Of a stretch of DNA of 64,000 bases, positions 23,603 through 35,529 are shown piece after piece (positions within the stretch are counted from its first letter, which is position 1; every line of letters begins with the position of its first letter). This stretch comes from Laetmonice hystrix (Eukaryota). Both the position numbers and the translations under genes were made by a program. The notes below the pieces were generated by a model. The model was not told the origin of the DNA. It did not search any database and saw only the letters and a list, made by a program, of their open reading frames with translations. The stretch is from contig OZ249444.1 in the NCBI GenBank assembly GCA_965235115.1, positions 29,264,001 through 29,328,000 on the forward strand, in the 5' to 3' direction.

Positions 23603-23931
23603 CTGGAACGAGGGCGATGAATTAATGTAATGGAGTATACATACAGGACCTAACCACTGGGGGGCGTCTCACAACCACGGGTATCATTTCATGTGTTAAA
23701 ATTCCCATTGAAGATGGTTCTGAAACGTACCCCTTGTTTTCAACAGACTGTCACTCACTCTTCCATATCCAAACTGATTTCTACAATCTTTTATAAAATA
23801 CCTGACAGCCTTTCTGTGAGTCGATATGTGTTACTTATTTACACTAATGCAGGCCATAGTGAAAAAGAGTAGGCACTGAAAGTTGTAAGCTCTCAGTCAG
23901 GTTAACAAATGTTGTCCCTCCAAGGTTTTAC

Positions 23932-23997
23932 CTTGCTGAAGTCGAAGATGTTGGGATCTTCACACATATTCAGGATGGGTGCCAGACTCCCAAACAT
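23932..23997 (-). CDS. unc80: UNC80 exon (MFGSLAPILNMCEDPNIFDFSK), phase 0->0
   Basis: cctttcag| and AAG|gtaaaa. Confidence 0.88.
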
Positions 23998-24127
23998 CTG
24001 AAAGGCGGAGAGTAAAAAATCAGGATTATGTTGTACTGTCGACAATGATGGGAAACACCCTGTTATACTGAACACGGGGGGGGGGGGGGGGTAGGTACAT
24101 CAGTAATCTTCCTGTAAAATACCGTCT

Positions 24128-27100
24128 CATAAAGGGTTTACGGTGGGGAGGGTGAGCTGAGAGGTTGTTTACCTGTAACATAAAGGGTTTACGGTGGAGT
24201 GGGAGGGTGAGCTGAGGGAGAGGTTGTTTACCTGTAACATAAAGGGTTTACGGTGGAGTGGGAGGGTGAGCTGAGAGAGAGGTTGTTTACCTGTAACATA
24301 AAGGGTTTACGGTGGAGTGGGTGAGCTGAGAGAGAGGTTGTTTACCTGTAACATAAAGGGTTTACGGTGGAGTGGGAGGGTGAGCTGAGGGAGAGGTTGT
24401 TTACCTGTAACATAAAGGGTTTACGGTGGAGTGGGAGGGTGAGCTGAGAGAGAGGTTGTTTACCTGTAACATAAAGGGTTTACGGTGGAGTGGGAGGGTG
24501 AGCTGAGAGAGAGGTTGTTTACCTGTAACATAAAGGGTTTACGGTGGAGTGGGAGGGTGAGCTGAGAGAGATGTTGTTTACCTGTAACATAAAGGGTTTA
24601 CGGTGGAGTGGGAGGGTGAGCTGAGAGAGAGGTTGTTTACCTGTAACATAAAGGGTTTACGGTGGGGAGGGTGAGCTGAGGGAGAGGTTGTTTACCTGTA
24701 ACATAAAGGGTTTACGGTGGAGTGGGAGGGTGAGCTGAGAGAGAGGTTGTTTACCATAACATAAAGGGTTTACGGTGGGGAGGGTGAGCTGAGAGAGAGG
24801 TTGTTTACCTGTAACATAAAGGGTTTACGGTGGAGTGGGTGAGCTGAGAGAGAGGTTGTTTACCTGTAACATAAAGGGTTTACGGTGGAGTGGGAGGGTG
24901 AGCTGAGGGAGAGGTTGTTTACCTGTAACATAAAGGGTTTACGGTGGAGTGGGAGGGTGAGCTGAGAGAGAGGTTGTTTACCTGTAACATAAAGGGTTTA
25001 CGGTGGAGTGGGTGAGCTGAGAGAGAGGTTGTTTACCTGTAACATAAAGGGTTTACGGTGGAGTGGGTGAGCTGAGAGAGAGGTTGTTTACCTGTAACAT
25101 AAAGGGTTTACGGTGGAGTGGGAGTGTGAGCTGAGGGAGAGGTTGTTTACCTGTAACATAAAGGGTTTACGGTGGAGTGGGAGGGTGAGCTGAAAGGTTG
25201 TTTACCTGTAACATAAAGGGTTTACGGTGGAGTGGGAGGGTGAGCTGAGGGAGAGGTTGTTTACCTGTAACATAAAGGGTTTACGGTGGAGTGGGTGAGC
25301 TGAGAGAGAGGTTGTTTACCTGTAACATAAAGGGTTTACGGTGGAGTGGGAGGGTGAGCTGAGAGAGAGGTTGTTTACCATAACATAAAGGGTTTACGGT
25401 GGAGTGGGTGAGCTGAGAGAGAGGTTGTTTACCTGTAACATAAAGGGTTTACGGTGGAGTGGGTGAGCTGAGGGAGAGGTTGTTTACCTGTAACATAAAG
25501 GGTTTACGGTGGGGAGGGTGAGCTGAGGGAGAGGTTGTTTACCATAACATAAAGGGTTTACGCTGGAGTGGGTGAGCTGAAAGAGAGGTTGTTTACCTGT
25601 AACATAAAGGGTTTACGGTGGAGTGGGTGAGCTGAAAGAGAGGTTGTTTACCTGTAACATAAAGGGTTTATGGTGGAGTGGGAGGGTGAGCTGAGGGAGA
25701 GGTTGTTTACCTGTAACATAAAGGGTTTACGGTGGAGTGGGTGAGCTGAGGGAGAGGTTGTTTACCTGTAACATAAAGGGTTTACGGTGGGGAGGGTGAG
25801 CTGAGAGAGAGGTTGTTTACCTGTAACATAAAGGGTTTACGGTGGGGAGGGTGAGCTGAGAGAGAGGTTGTTTACCTGTAACATAAAGGGTTTACGGTGA
25901 AGTGGGAGGGTGAGCTGAGGGAGAGGTTGTTTACCTGTAACATAAAGGGTTTACGGTGGAGTGGGTGAGCTGAGAGAGAGGTTGTTTACCTGTAACATAA
26001 AGGGTTTACGGTGGAGTGGGTGAGCTGAGGGAGAGGTTGTTTACCTGTAACATAAAGGGTTTACGGTGGAGTGGGTGAGCTGAGGGAGAGGTTGTTTACC
26101 TGTAACATAAAGGGTTTACGGTGGAGTGGGAGGGTGAGCTGAGGGAGAGGTTGTTTACCTGTAACATAAAGGGTTTACGGTGGAGTGGGAGGGTGAGCTG
26201 AGGGAGAGGTTGTTTACCTGTAACATAAAGGGTTTACGGTGGAGTGGGAGGGTGAGCTGAGAGAGAGGTTGTTTACCTGTAACATAAAGGGTTTACGGTG
26301 GGGAGGGTGAGCTGAAAGAGAGGTTGTTTACCTGTAACATAAAGGGTTTACGGTGGAGTGGGAGGGTGAGCTGAGAGAGAGGTTGTTTACCTGTAACATA
26401 AAGGGTTTACGGTGGAGTGGGAGGGTGAGCTGAGAGAGAGGTTGTTTACCTGTAACATAAAGTGTTTACGGTGGAGTGGGAGGGTGAGCTGAGGGAGAGG
26501 TTGTTTACCTGTAACATAAAGGGTTTACGGTGGAGTGGGAGGGTGAGCTGAGGGAGAGGTTGTTTACCTGTAACATAAAGGGTTTACGGTGGAGTGGGTG
26601 AGCTGAGAGAGAGGTTGTTTACCTGTAACATAAAGGGTTTACGGTGGAGTGGGAGGGTGAGCTGAGGGAGAGGTTGTTTACCTGTAACATAAAGGGTTTA
26701 CGGTGGGGAGGGTGAGCTGAGGGAGAGGTTGTTTACCTGTAACATAAAGGGTTTACGGTGGAGTGGGTGAGCTGAGAGAGAGGTTGTTTACCTGTAACAT
26801 AAAGGGTTTACGGTGGAGTGGGTGAGCTGAGGGAGAGGTTGTTTACCATAACATAAAGGGTTTACGGTGGGGAGGGTGAGCTGAGGGAGAGGTTGTTTAC
26901 CTGTAACATAAAGGGTTTACGGTGGAGTGGGAGGGTGAGCTGAGAGAGAGGTTGTTTACCTGTAACATAAAGGGTTTACGGTGGGGAGGGTGAGCTGAGG
27001 GAGAGGTTGTTTACCTGTAACATAAAGGGTTTACGGTGGAGTGGGTGAGCTGAGGGAGAGGTTGTTTACCTGTAACATAAAGGGTTTACGGTGGAATGGG

Positions 27101-29942
27101 AGGGTGAGCTGAGAGAGAGGTTGTTTACCTGTAACATAAAGGGTTTACGGTGGGGAGGGTGAGCTGAGGGAGAGGTTGTTTACCTGTAACATAAAGGGTT
27201 TACGGTGGAGTGGGTGAGCTGAGGGAGAGGTTGTTTACCTGTAACATAAAGGGTTTACGGTGGAGTGGGAGGGTGAGCTGAGAGAGAGGTTGTTTACCTG
27301 TAACATAAAGGGTTTACGGTGCGGAGGGTGAGCTGAGAGAGAGGTTGTTTACCTGTAACATAAAGGGTTTACGGTGGAGTGGGAGGGTGAGCTGAGAGAG
27401 AGGTTGTTTACCTGTAACATAAAGGGTTTACGGTGGGGAGGGTGAGCTGAGAGAGAGGTTGTTTACCTGTAACATAAAGGGTTTACGGTGGGGAGGGTGA
27501 GCTGAGAGAGAGGTTGTTTACCTGTAACATAAAGGGTTTACGGTGGGGAGGGTGAGCTGAAAGAGAGGTTGTTTACCTGTAACATAAAGGGTTTACGGTG
27601 GAGTGGGAGGGTGAGCTGAGAGAGAGGTTGTTTACCTGTAACATAAAGGGTTTACGGTGGGGAGGGTGAGCTGAGGGAGAGGTTGTTTACCTGTAACATA
27701 AAGGGTTTACGGTGGAGTGGGAGGGTGAGCTGAGAGAGAGGTTGTTTACCTGTAACATAAAGGGTTTACGGTGGAGTGGGAGGGTGAGCTGAGAGAGAGG
27801 TTGTTTACCTGTAACATAAAGGGTTTACGGTGGAGTGGGTGAGCTGAGAGAGAGGTTGTTTACCTGTAACATAAAGGGTTTACGGTGGGGAGGGTGAGCT
27901 GAGAGAGAGGTTGTTTACCTGTAACATAAAGGGTTTACGGTGGAGTGGGAGGGTGAGCTGAGAAAGAGGTTGTTTACCTGTAACATAAAGGGTTTACGGT
28001 GCGGAGGGTGAGCTGAGAGAGAGGTTGTTTACCTGTAACATAAAGGGTTTACGGTGGAGTGGGTGAGCTGAGAGAGAGGTTGTTTACCTGTAACATAAAG
28101 GGTTTACGGTGGAGTGGGAGGGTGAGCTGAGAGAGAGGTTGTTTACCTGTAACATAAAGGGTTTACGGTGGAGTGGGAGGGTGAGCTGAGAGAGGTTGTT
28201 TACCTGTAACATAAAGGGTTTACGGTGGGGAGGGTGAGCTGAGGGAGAGGTTGTTTACCTGTAACATAAAGGGTTTACGGTGGAGTGGGAGGGTGAGCTG
28301 AGAGAGAGGTTGTTTACCTGTAACATAAAGGGTTTACGGTGGAGTGGGTGAGCTGAGAGAGAGGTTGTTTACCTGTAACATAAAGGGTTTACGGTGGAGT
28401 GGGAGGGTGAGCTGAGAGAGAGGTTGTTTACCTGTAACATAAAGGGTTTACGGTGGAGTGGGAGGGTGAGCTGAGGGAGAGGTTGTTTACCTGTAACATA
28501 AAGGGTTTACGGTGGAGTGGGAGGGTGAGCTGAGGGAGAGGTTGTTTACCTGTAACATAAAGGGTTTACGGTGGAGTGGGAGGGTGAGCTGAGAGAGAGG
28601 TTGTTTACCTGTAACATAAAGGGTTTACGGTGGGGAGGGTGAGCTGAGGGAGAGGTTGTTTACCTGTAACATAAAGGGTTTACGGTGGAGTGGGTGAGCT
28701 GAGGGAGAGGTTGTTTACCTGTAACATAAAGGGTTTACGGTGGAGTGGGAGGGTGAGCTGAGAGAGAGGTTGTTTACCTGTAACATAAAGGGTTTACGGT
28801 GCGGAGGGTGAGCTGAGAGAGAGGTTGTTTACCTGTAACATAAAGGGTTTACGGTGGAGTGGGAGGGTGAGCTGAGAGAGAGGTTGTTTACCTGTAACAT
28901 AAAGGGTTTACGGTGGAGTGGGAGGGTGAGCTGAGAGAGAGGTTGTTTACCTGTAACATAAAGGGTTTACGGTGGAGTGGGAGGGTGAGCTGAGGGAGAG
29001 GTTGTTTACCATAACATAAAGGGTTTACGGTGGAGTGGGAGGGTGAGCTGAGAGAGAGGTTGTTTACCTGTAACATAAAGGGTTTACGGTGGAGTGGGAG
29101 GGTGAGCTGAGAGAGAGGTTGTTTACCTGTAACATAAAGGGTTTACGGTGGAGTGGGAGGGTGAGCTGAGAGAGAGGTTGTTTACCTGTAACATAAAGGG
29201 TTTACGGTGGAGTGGGAGGGTGAGCTGAGGGAGAGGTTGTTTACCTGTAACATAAAGGGTTTACGGTGGGGAGGGTGAGCTGAGAGAGGTTGTTTACCTG
29301 TAACATAAAGGGTTTACGGTGGAGTGGGTGAGCTGAGAGAGGTTGTTTACCTGTAACATAAAGGGTTTACGGTGGGGAGGGTGAGCTGAGGGAGAGGTTG
29401 TTTACCTGTAACATAAAGGGTTTACGGTGGAGTGGGTGAGCTGAGAGAGAGGTTGTTTACCTGTAACATAAAGGGTTTACGGTGGAGTGGGAGGGTGAGC
29501 TGAGAGAGAGGTTGTTTACCTGTAACATAAAGGGTTTACGGTGGAGTGGGTGAGCTGAGAGAGAGGTTGTTTACCTGTAACATAAAGGGTTTACGGTGGA
29601 GTGGGAGGGTGAGCTGAGAGAGAGGTTGTTTACCTGTAACATAAAGGGTTTACGGTGGAGTGGGTGAGCTGGGAGAGAGGTTGTTTACCTGTAACATAAA
29701 GGGTTTACGGTGGAGTGGGAGGGTGAGCTGAGAGAGAGGTTGTTTACCTGTAACATAAAGGGTTTACAGTGGGGAGGGTGAGCTGAGAGAGAGGTTGTTT
29801 ACCTGTAACATAAAGGGTTTACGGTGGAGTGGGTGAGCTGAGAGAGAGGTTGTTTACCTGTAACATAAAGGGTTTACGGTGGAATGGGAGGGTGAGCTGA
29901 GAGAGAGGTTGTTTACCTGTAACATAAAGGGTTTACGGTGCA
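24128..29942. repeat. 54/55/59-bp minisatellite, roughly 100 copies (estimated from length), each with 24 nt of exon plus donor
   Basis: Gene-strand unit CACCGTAAACCCTTTATGTTACAG|gtaaacaacctctctctcagctcaccctcccactc. Confidence 0.98.
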
Positions 29943-30063
29943 GGGTGTAGAACTGTCTGCAGGCAAACTCGATGGCCTCACAGAGGACGAGGTTCGCTTG
30001 ATGGTTGGAATACACCTTGATCATGGTAGGCATGATGTAGAGGAACCCAGAAGTTGCAAACAC
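29917..30063 (-). CDS. unc80: UNC80 exon (VFATSGFLYIMPTMIKVYSNHQ...FYTLHRKPFMLQ), phase 0->0
   Basis: gatacag| and CAG|gtaaac; last 24 nt plus donor duplicated about 100 times downstream. Confidence 0.95.
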
Positions 30064-30296
30064 CTGTATCAGACACACAGTCACGGTTAGTACACGTCAT
30101 GATGTAGTGGATGATAACAAATCTTGGAAGAATTAAAAGTTCATTTGCAAAAAATAAGACTCGGATTTCCGCAAATCTGCTCTAGCTAGACAAAACACTA
30201 GATCTCCCAAAAGGCAATATAAGCCTAGTTCTGGAGTCAGAAAACAGTTACTGCTATACAAGCCAAGCCAGGACTATGGATACAAGATGAACGGAC

Positions 30297-30464
30297 CTGT
30301 TTGAAGTGTCTCGATGTGTTGATGAAGGTAGCGATAGACACACGTAGCATGGCAGTATCCTGACAGTGTAAGAGTAGCGCCCCGCTGACTACATTGAGGA
30401 ACAGTGGTAGGTCTCCAGCCAGGGTGAATGTACTCGACATAGTATTGAACATAGTGGCCATCAG
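30297..30464 (-). CDS. unc80: UNC80 exon (LMATMFNTM...LFLNVVSGALLLHCQD...RHFKQ), phase 0->0
   Basis: ttgtcgcag| and CAG|gtccgt. Confidence 0.92.
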
Positions 30465-30944
30465 CTGCGACAAACACACAGACACCAATGAGTTGAATTT
30501 ATTGCCACAGGAATTTTACTAGAATAGCATGGTTTACATAAACTAAACAATAAAGCCATATGATAGTCCAATGAATAAGGAAACGGTAATATATCATGAT
30601 GACGGAGTAAGGTACTGTGGTAATTCTGGTACTATCTTGTCCAGCAAACATAACTGCCTGCATTCATGCGTGCCAGTTTGGGGAAGTTTGGGGAAATTTG
30701 GGGTAGGCATTTCGTTACCATGGAGAATAAACAGTTAAGGTACCAGCATAAAAATCATCAGGACTTGAAGCAATTGAAATCATGATGTCACACTAAATAT
30801 ATTATTATGATCAATCAAGACTGGTCACCTACAGCAGGGACAATTTTATCTCCATTATTTTGTTGAATTACATGTATATGACAATGTAACTAATTTTTTT
30901 TTAAACAATTCTTCAAGAGCTATACTCAGGTTATATTTTCCTAC

Positions 30945-30989
30945 CTTGGTCCACACGTACTTGTGCATCATATCGACACCCCATAATTC
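30945..30989 (-). CDS. unc80: UNC80 exon (ELWGVDMMHKYVWTK), phase 0->0
   Basis: ttttccag| and AAG|gtagga. Confidence 0.88.
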
Positions 30990-31188
30990 CTGGAAAAAAA
31001 AGACATATACGTACAATATGTAAGCAGGATATAGCTTTGGAAAAGGCACCTCTGATATGTGGAAATCTTTCTGTTTTTCTGAATACAAACAAATATCTCC
31101 ACATGTGATTGATGACCGTAATCCAGACCACAGGTTAGGTGACAGGTTCAAGTATCAGCCTGAGAGCAGGGATGAAGTAACTCCTCAC

Positions 31189-31296
31189 CTTTCCCCACTG
31201 TCCTGTCAGGCTCCCAAACTCCCCCTCCAGGGCTTTACGTGGGAATGAAGGCAGTTTGAGTAACTCTTCATGGAGGAATGTCACGTGGTTCTGAAC
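31189..31296 (-). CDS. unc80: UNC80 exon (VQNHVTFLHEELLKLPSFPRKALE...WGK), phase 0->0
   Basis: tttttgcag| and AAG|gtgagg. Confidence 0.92.
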
Positions 31297-31482
31297 CTGC
31301 AAAAACAACACGACGCAAGGATCAGACAAACGTCAAGATATCACTTACCTGTGACGTCATCTGCTGATACACTGGGATTGAGTCAACTAGAGAGACAGAA
31401 AGAAAGACAAGGAAAGATGGAGAGACAGACAGACATACAGACAAACACACACACAGACAGACAGACAGCATGACTCACTCAC

Positions 31483-31560
31483 CTGTTGGGTCGGTGCCCC
31501 CGTGATGATAGAGAGAGAAAACAAAACTTTGCCCATTTCCACAAACTTCAGTATAAACGC
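31483..31560 (-). CDS. unc80: UNC80 exon (AFILKFVEMGKVLFSLSIITGAPTQQ), phase 0->0
   Basis: ctttgtag| and CAG|gtgagt. Confidence 0.88.
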
Positions 31561-31894
31561 CTACAAAGGGGAAGAAAAAGTTACATTAAAACCAAAAAAA
31601 AATTACTTTAAAACAACCCGCCTAGAGCAGCGGTACGTGTAGGTCCTTACCACTCGGTCTTCACCGTGTCAAGGTATCTCACTGCCATCAGTTATAGATA
31701 TTATATTAGTTATATTTTTGCCGTTTTAAAATCAAATATATTTTTTTTTCAATTTTTCAATTTATGGAACATGAATTTCATAAGATATACGCTTCTTATC
31801 CCTAATATCTTACAACTTTACATTGCTGTCATATGAAAAAATAAAACTATTATTATTATTATTATGAACAATCAGAATCCTATTTCAGGCTGAC

Positions 31895-32016
31895 CTGTTT
31901 TTGGAGAAGTCCGCGGGCCTCTTCCAAATCCTTCTTGACAAGGGTCAACTGGGGGTAGAAATTTCTCCGGAAAAAGTAGAAGTCTCGGACGTAGGATTTC
32001 AAGTTGTGCATCTGGT
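31895..32016 (-). CDS. unc80: UNC80 exon (NQMHNLKSYVRDFYFFRRNFYPQLTLV...LQKQ), phase 1->0
   Basis: tttttttcag| and CAG|gtcagc. Confidence 0.92.
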
Positions 32017-32110
32017 CTGAAAAAAAATGTTGGAGATGTAACATCGGTCGGTTTTCCTCCCAAACAAATAGTGTGATCTCATTATTAGAACTCAGTTCTT
32101 CGGTACTTAC

Positions 32111-32207
32111 TTGTCTTGGTGTCGACCAGGAAGTACATGTGATGTTCTTCATCAGGAATGTTGAAAAAGTCCAGACTGTCTGTGAGGATTTGGTAAAACT
32201 GCGTGTC
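32111..32207 (-). CDS. unc80: UNC80 exon (DTQFYQILTDSLDFFNIP...LVDTKT), phase 0->1
   Basis: tttttcag| and A|gtaagt. Confidence 0.92.
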
Positions 32208-32544
32208 CTGAAAAATATCAACTTTAACTCTGACGCAGGCTGATCAAATATTTAATCAGACTAATAGACTGACCAGGTTTAATGTTGATATGACAGAGTT
32301 TCCATTTCTGAACCTTTTTCACAGGCCTGGGAATGAAAAACGTGATGGGTACTGAAACCTGCCACGTGAAAACCTGTAAACCTGGGCTCAGACCGAATCC
32401 TGCAGCTCAAAGAAACCCCAACCATAGCACTATAATTATTCTGAATGAATTTTCACCAATCTCAAGAATATTGAAAATCACAAGGAAAACAGTTGGAATT
32501 TTCGGTCAGTTGGTGACATATCCTCACGTCTGGTTGGAACGCCA

Positions 32545-33565
32545 AGGTCAGGTAAGAGGACAGTGAACCAAGCAGGGAGTTGACTGAGAGAGTGTTGTGG
32601 TTAGACTCACCTCGTGTATCGGATATTGAGAGGGAATTCCTGTCTGATCAGGTCCGTGCACGATCAGGTAAGAGGACAGTGAACCAAGCTGGGAGTTGAC
32701 TGAGAGAGTGTTGTGGTTAGACTCACCTCGTGTATCAAATATTGAGAGGGAATTCCTGTCTGATCAGGTCCGTGCACGATCAGGTAAGAGGACAGTGAAC
32801 CAAGCTGGGGCTGAGAGAGTGTTGTGGTTAGACTCACCTCGTGTATCGGATATTGAGAGGGAATTCCTGTCTGATCAGGTCCGTGCACGATCAGGTAAGA
32901 GGACAGTGAACCAAGCTGGGGCTGAGAGAGTGTTGTGGTTAGACTCACCTCGTGTATCAAATATTGAGAGGGAATTCCTGTCTGATCAGGTCCGTGCACG
33001 ATCAGGTAAGAGGACAGTGAACCAAGCTGGGGCTGAGAGAGTGTTGTGGTTAGACTCACCTCATGTATCGGATATTGAGAGGGAATTCCTGTCTGATCAG
33101 GTCCGTGCACGATCAGGTAAGAGGACAGTGAACCAAGCTGGGGCTGAGAGAGTGTTGTGGTTAGACTCACCTCGTGTATCGGATATTGAGAGGGAATTCC
33201 TGTCTGATCAGGTCCGTGCACGATCAGGTAAGAGGACAGTGAACCAAGCTGGGGCTGAGAGAGTGTTGTGGTTAGACTCACCTCATGTATCGGATATTGA
33301 GAGGGAATTCCTGTCTGATCAGGTCCGTGCACGATCAGGTAAGAGGACAGTGAACCAAGCTGGGGCTGAGAGAGTGTTGGGGTTAGACTCACCTCGTGTA
33401 TTGGATATTGAGAGGGAATTCCTGTCTGATCAGGTCCGTGCACGATCAGGTAAGAGGACAGTGAACCACGGAGGGAGTTGACTGAGAGAGTGTTGTGGTT
33501 AGACTCACCTCGTGTATTGGATATTGAGAAGGAATTCCTGTCTGATCAGGTCCGTGCACGATCAG
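32545..33565. repeat. 111/116-bp tandem array (9 units) each with 57 nt of exon plus donor GAG|gtgagt
   Basis: CAGGTAAG anchors at 32549, 32665, 32781, 32892, 33003, 33114, 33225, 33336, 33447. Confidence 0.97.
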
Positions 33566-33607
33566 TTTCTTGGCGCTAGGAACGTTCGCTGTGATCATTA
33601 ACATCGG
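33509..33607 (-). CDS. unc80: UNC80 exon (PMLMITANVPSAKKLIVHGPDQTGIPSQYPIHE), phase 0->0
   Basis: tactccag| and GAG|gtgagt; last 57 nt plus donor duplicated in the downstream array. Confidence 0.92.
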
Positions 33608-33817
33608 CTGGAGTAACAACATCACGGAGATAATATATTTATAGGAACAATTTCATATTATATATAAAAAAAACTGTAAATTTGTACTCAATTTCTATCA
33701 AATACACTTCCTAGCATGGCTCTCTGACAGCTCAATATAATATACTAAGTGAACTATCGCCTCGTCTCCTCACTAAAATATTTCAATTAATAAATATTAG
33801 GATGTTGGTGGCCTCAC

Positions 33818-33970
33818 ATCACATTGCTCCTTTTTCAGAGTTTGTTTGAGATCCTTGAAGAAGATGTCATGGACGGAAGGGACGACCTGTTGGATGATTG
33901 ACAGCGCCTCACCGATCGCTTCCTGTCCGCCTTCTACTGGTGACCTCACGTAAAACATGATGTACCCAAC
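33818..33970 (-). CDS. unc80: UNC80 exon (VGYIMFYVRSP...DLKQTLKKEQCD), phase 0->0
   Basis: ttcgtcag| and GAT|gtgagg. Confidence 0.92.
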
Positions 33971-34287
33971 CTGACGAACACCACCGCACTGTGTCAGCAA
34001 CTGGTACAGACTGACGGTAACGTCAACGTCAGGGTAGAGGATGGGGCAGGGTGGGGGTGGGGGCAGGGGTTAGGGGGGAGGGTTAGGGGGGAGGGTTAGT
34101 GGCAGGAGTTGGGGTAAGGGGCAGGGTAATAATCAGAGGTTTTCTTGACTATGTGTTACAACCTAGTTTAAACATACAGTACATGAGGCATTGCTGATTC
34201 GGTGTTTGGTTATATTGAGAGTATATTTTCAGGACATGACAAGTCTGAGATGAGAGGAGCTCGGGTTGAGTTGGGTGTGTGACTAAC

Positions 34288-34374
34288 CAGGTAATTGAAG
34301 AGCGTGTGTGCAGTTTGTGCCGGGAGGTCTGGGATGTGATACATCAGCTTCCTCAGCAAGAAGATCAGCTCCTC
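34288..34374 (-). CDS. unc80: UNC80 exon (EELIFLLRKL...HTLFNYL), phase 0->0
   Basis: cccgccag| and CTG|gttagt. Confidence 0.9.
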
Positions 34375-34514
34375 CTGGCGGGTAACAACACAACTAAATC
34401 ACTTTAACCTTCTCGAAATTATCATAGTAACCAAGCACGTATCATATCAGCACATACAGTCTTACAGAAATTTTCCCATAGAGGGATTTATCAAAATAAA
34501 AGAATACTTCCTAC

Positions 34515-34615
34515 CCGTTTCTCGCTCTTGGTCAGCTTTTCAAGGAAGGTTCGCAGGAAAAGCTGTGGTTCCTCTACAAGGCATGACCAGATGACTTTCT
34601 CTGCCACTTCAGACA
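34515..34615 (-). CDS. unc80: UNC80 exon (VSEVAEKVIWSCLVEEPQLFLRTFLEKLTKSEKR), phase 1->0
   Basis: ttctccag| and CGG|gtagga; a second in-frame acceptor lies 33 nt upstream. Confidence 0.92.
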
Positions 34616-35202
34616 CTGGAGAATACACATAGACACGTGTCTTTATCACTGGAGAATACACATAGACACGTGTCTTTATCAAACTACTACCGTATTCTCT
34701 GCCACTTCAGACATTGCTGAATACACATAGACACGTGTCTTTATCAAAGTACCATTCTCTGCCACTTCAGACATTGCAGAATACACAGACACGTGTCTTT
34801 ATCAAACTACTATTCTCTGCCACTTCAGACATTGCAGAATACACAGACACGTGTCTTTATCAAACTACCATTCTCTGCCACTTCAGACATTGCAGAATAC
34901 ACAGACACGTGTCTTTATCAAACTACCATTCTCTGCCACTTCAGACATTGCAGAATACACATAGACACGTGTCTTTATCAAAGTACCATTCTCTTCCACT
35001 TCAGACATTGCAGAATACACATAGACACGTGTCTTTATCAAACTACCATTCTCTGCCACTTCAGACATTGCAGAATACACATAGACACGTGTCTTTATCA
35101 AACTACCATTCTCTGCCACTTCAGACATTGCAGAATACACATAGACACGTGTCTTTATCAAACTACCATTCTCTGCCACTTCAGACACTGGAGAATACAC
35201 AT
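34595..35202. repeat. 58-60-bp tandem array (about 10 units) containing the acceptor region and about 19 nt of exon 34515-34615
   Basis: Gene-strand unit ...gtgtattctgcaa TGTCTGAAGTGGCAGAGAA... Confidence 0.95.
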
Positions 35203-35529
35203 ACAAATAGATTGGTCAAACTACAATTCACAAATATAGATGAACTGGTCAAAGATTACTCATTTGGACTAATGTAAATCGCAACTAATAATATCTTTCA
35301 GCATATATGGGGGAAAAACCTGATATTTTCTTATGACATAATGCAAAATACAAAGTACAAAGCTGGTAAATAATATGCATAATAATGTTGTCCGGTTTGA
35401 AAACTTATATCTTACGTTCCTAAATACGACAAAACTCGACTTTTCAATTCATTCAAAAACTTCCCTATTTCAGAGCAGTAGTCTCATTCATATTGTTAAG
35501 GGTTACTGTTTTGATAATCAACATGATCT

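Noticed and set aside
24128-29942. CRISPR-like regular repeat array
   Set aside because: No unique spacers (the entire unit repeats), eukaryotic intron context, no cas genes.
32696-33481. 261-aa plus-strand ORF
   Set aside because: Antisense reading of the 111-bp duplicated-exon array.
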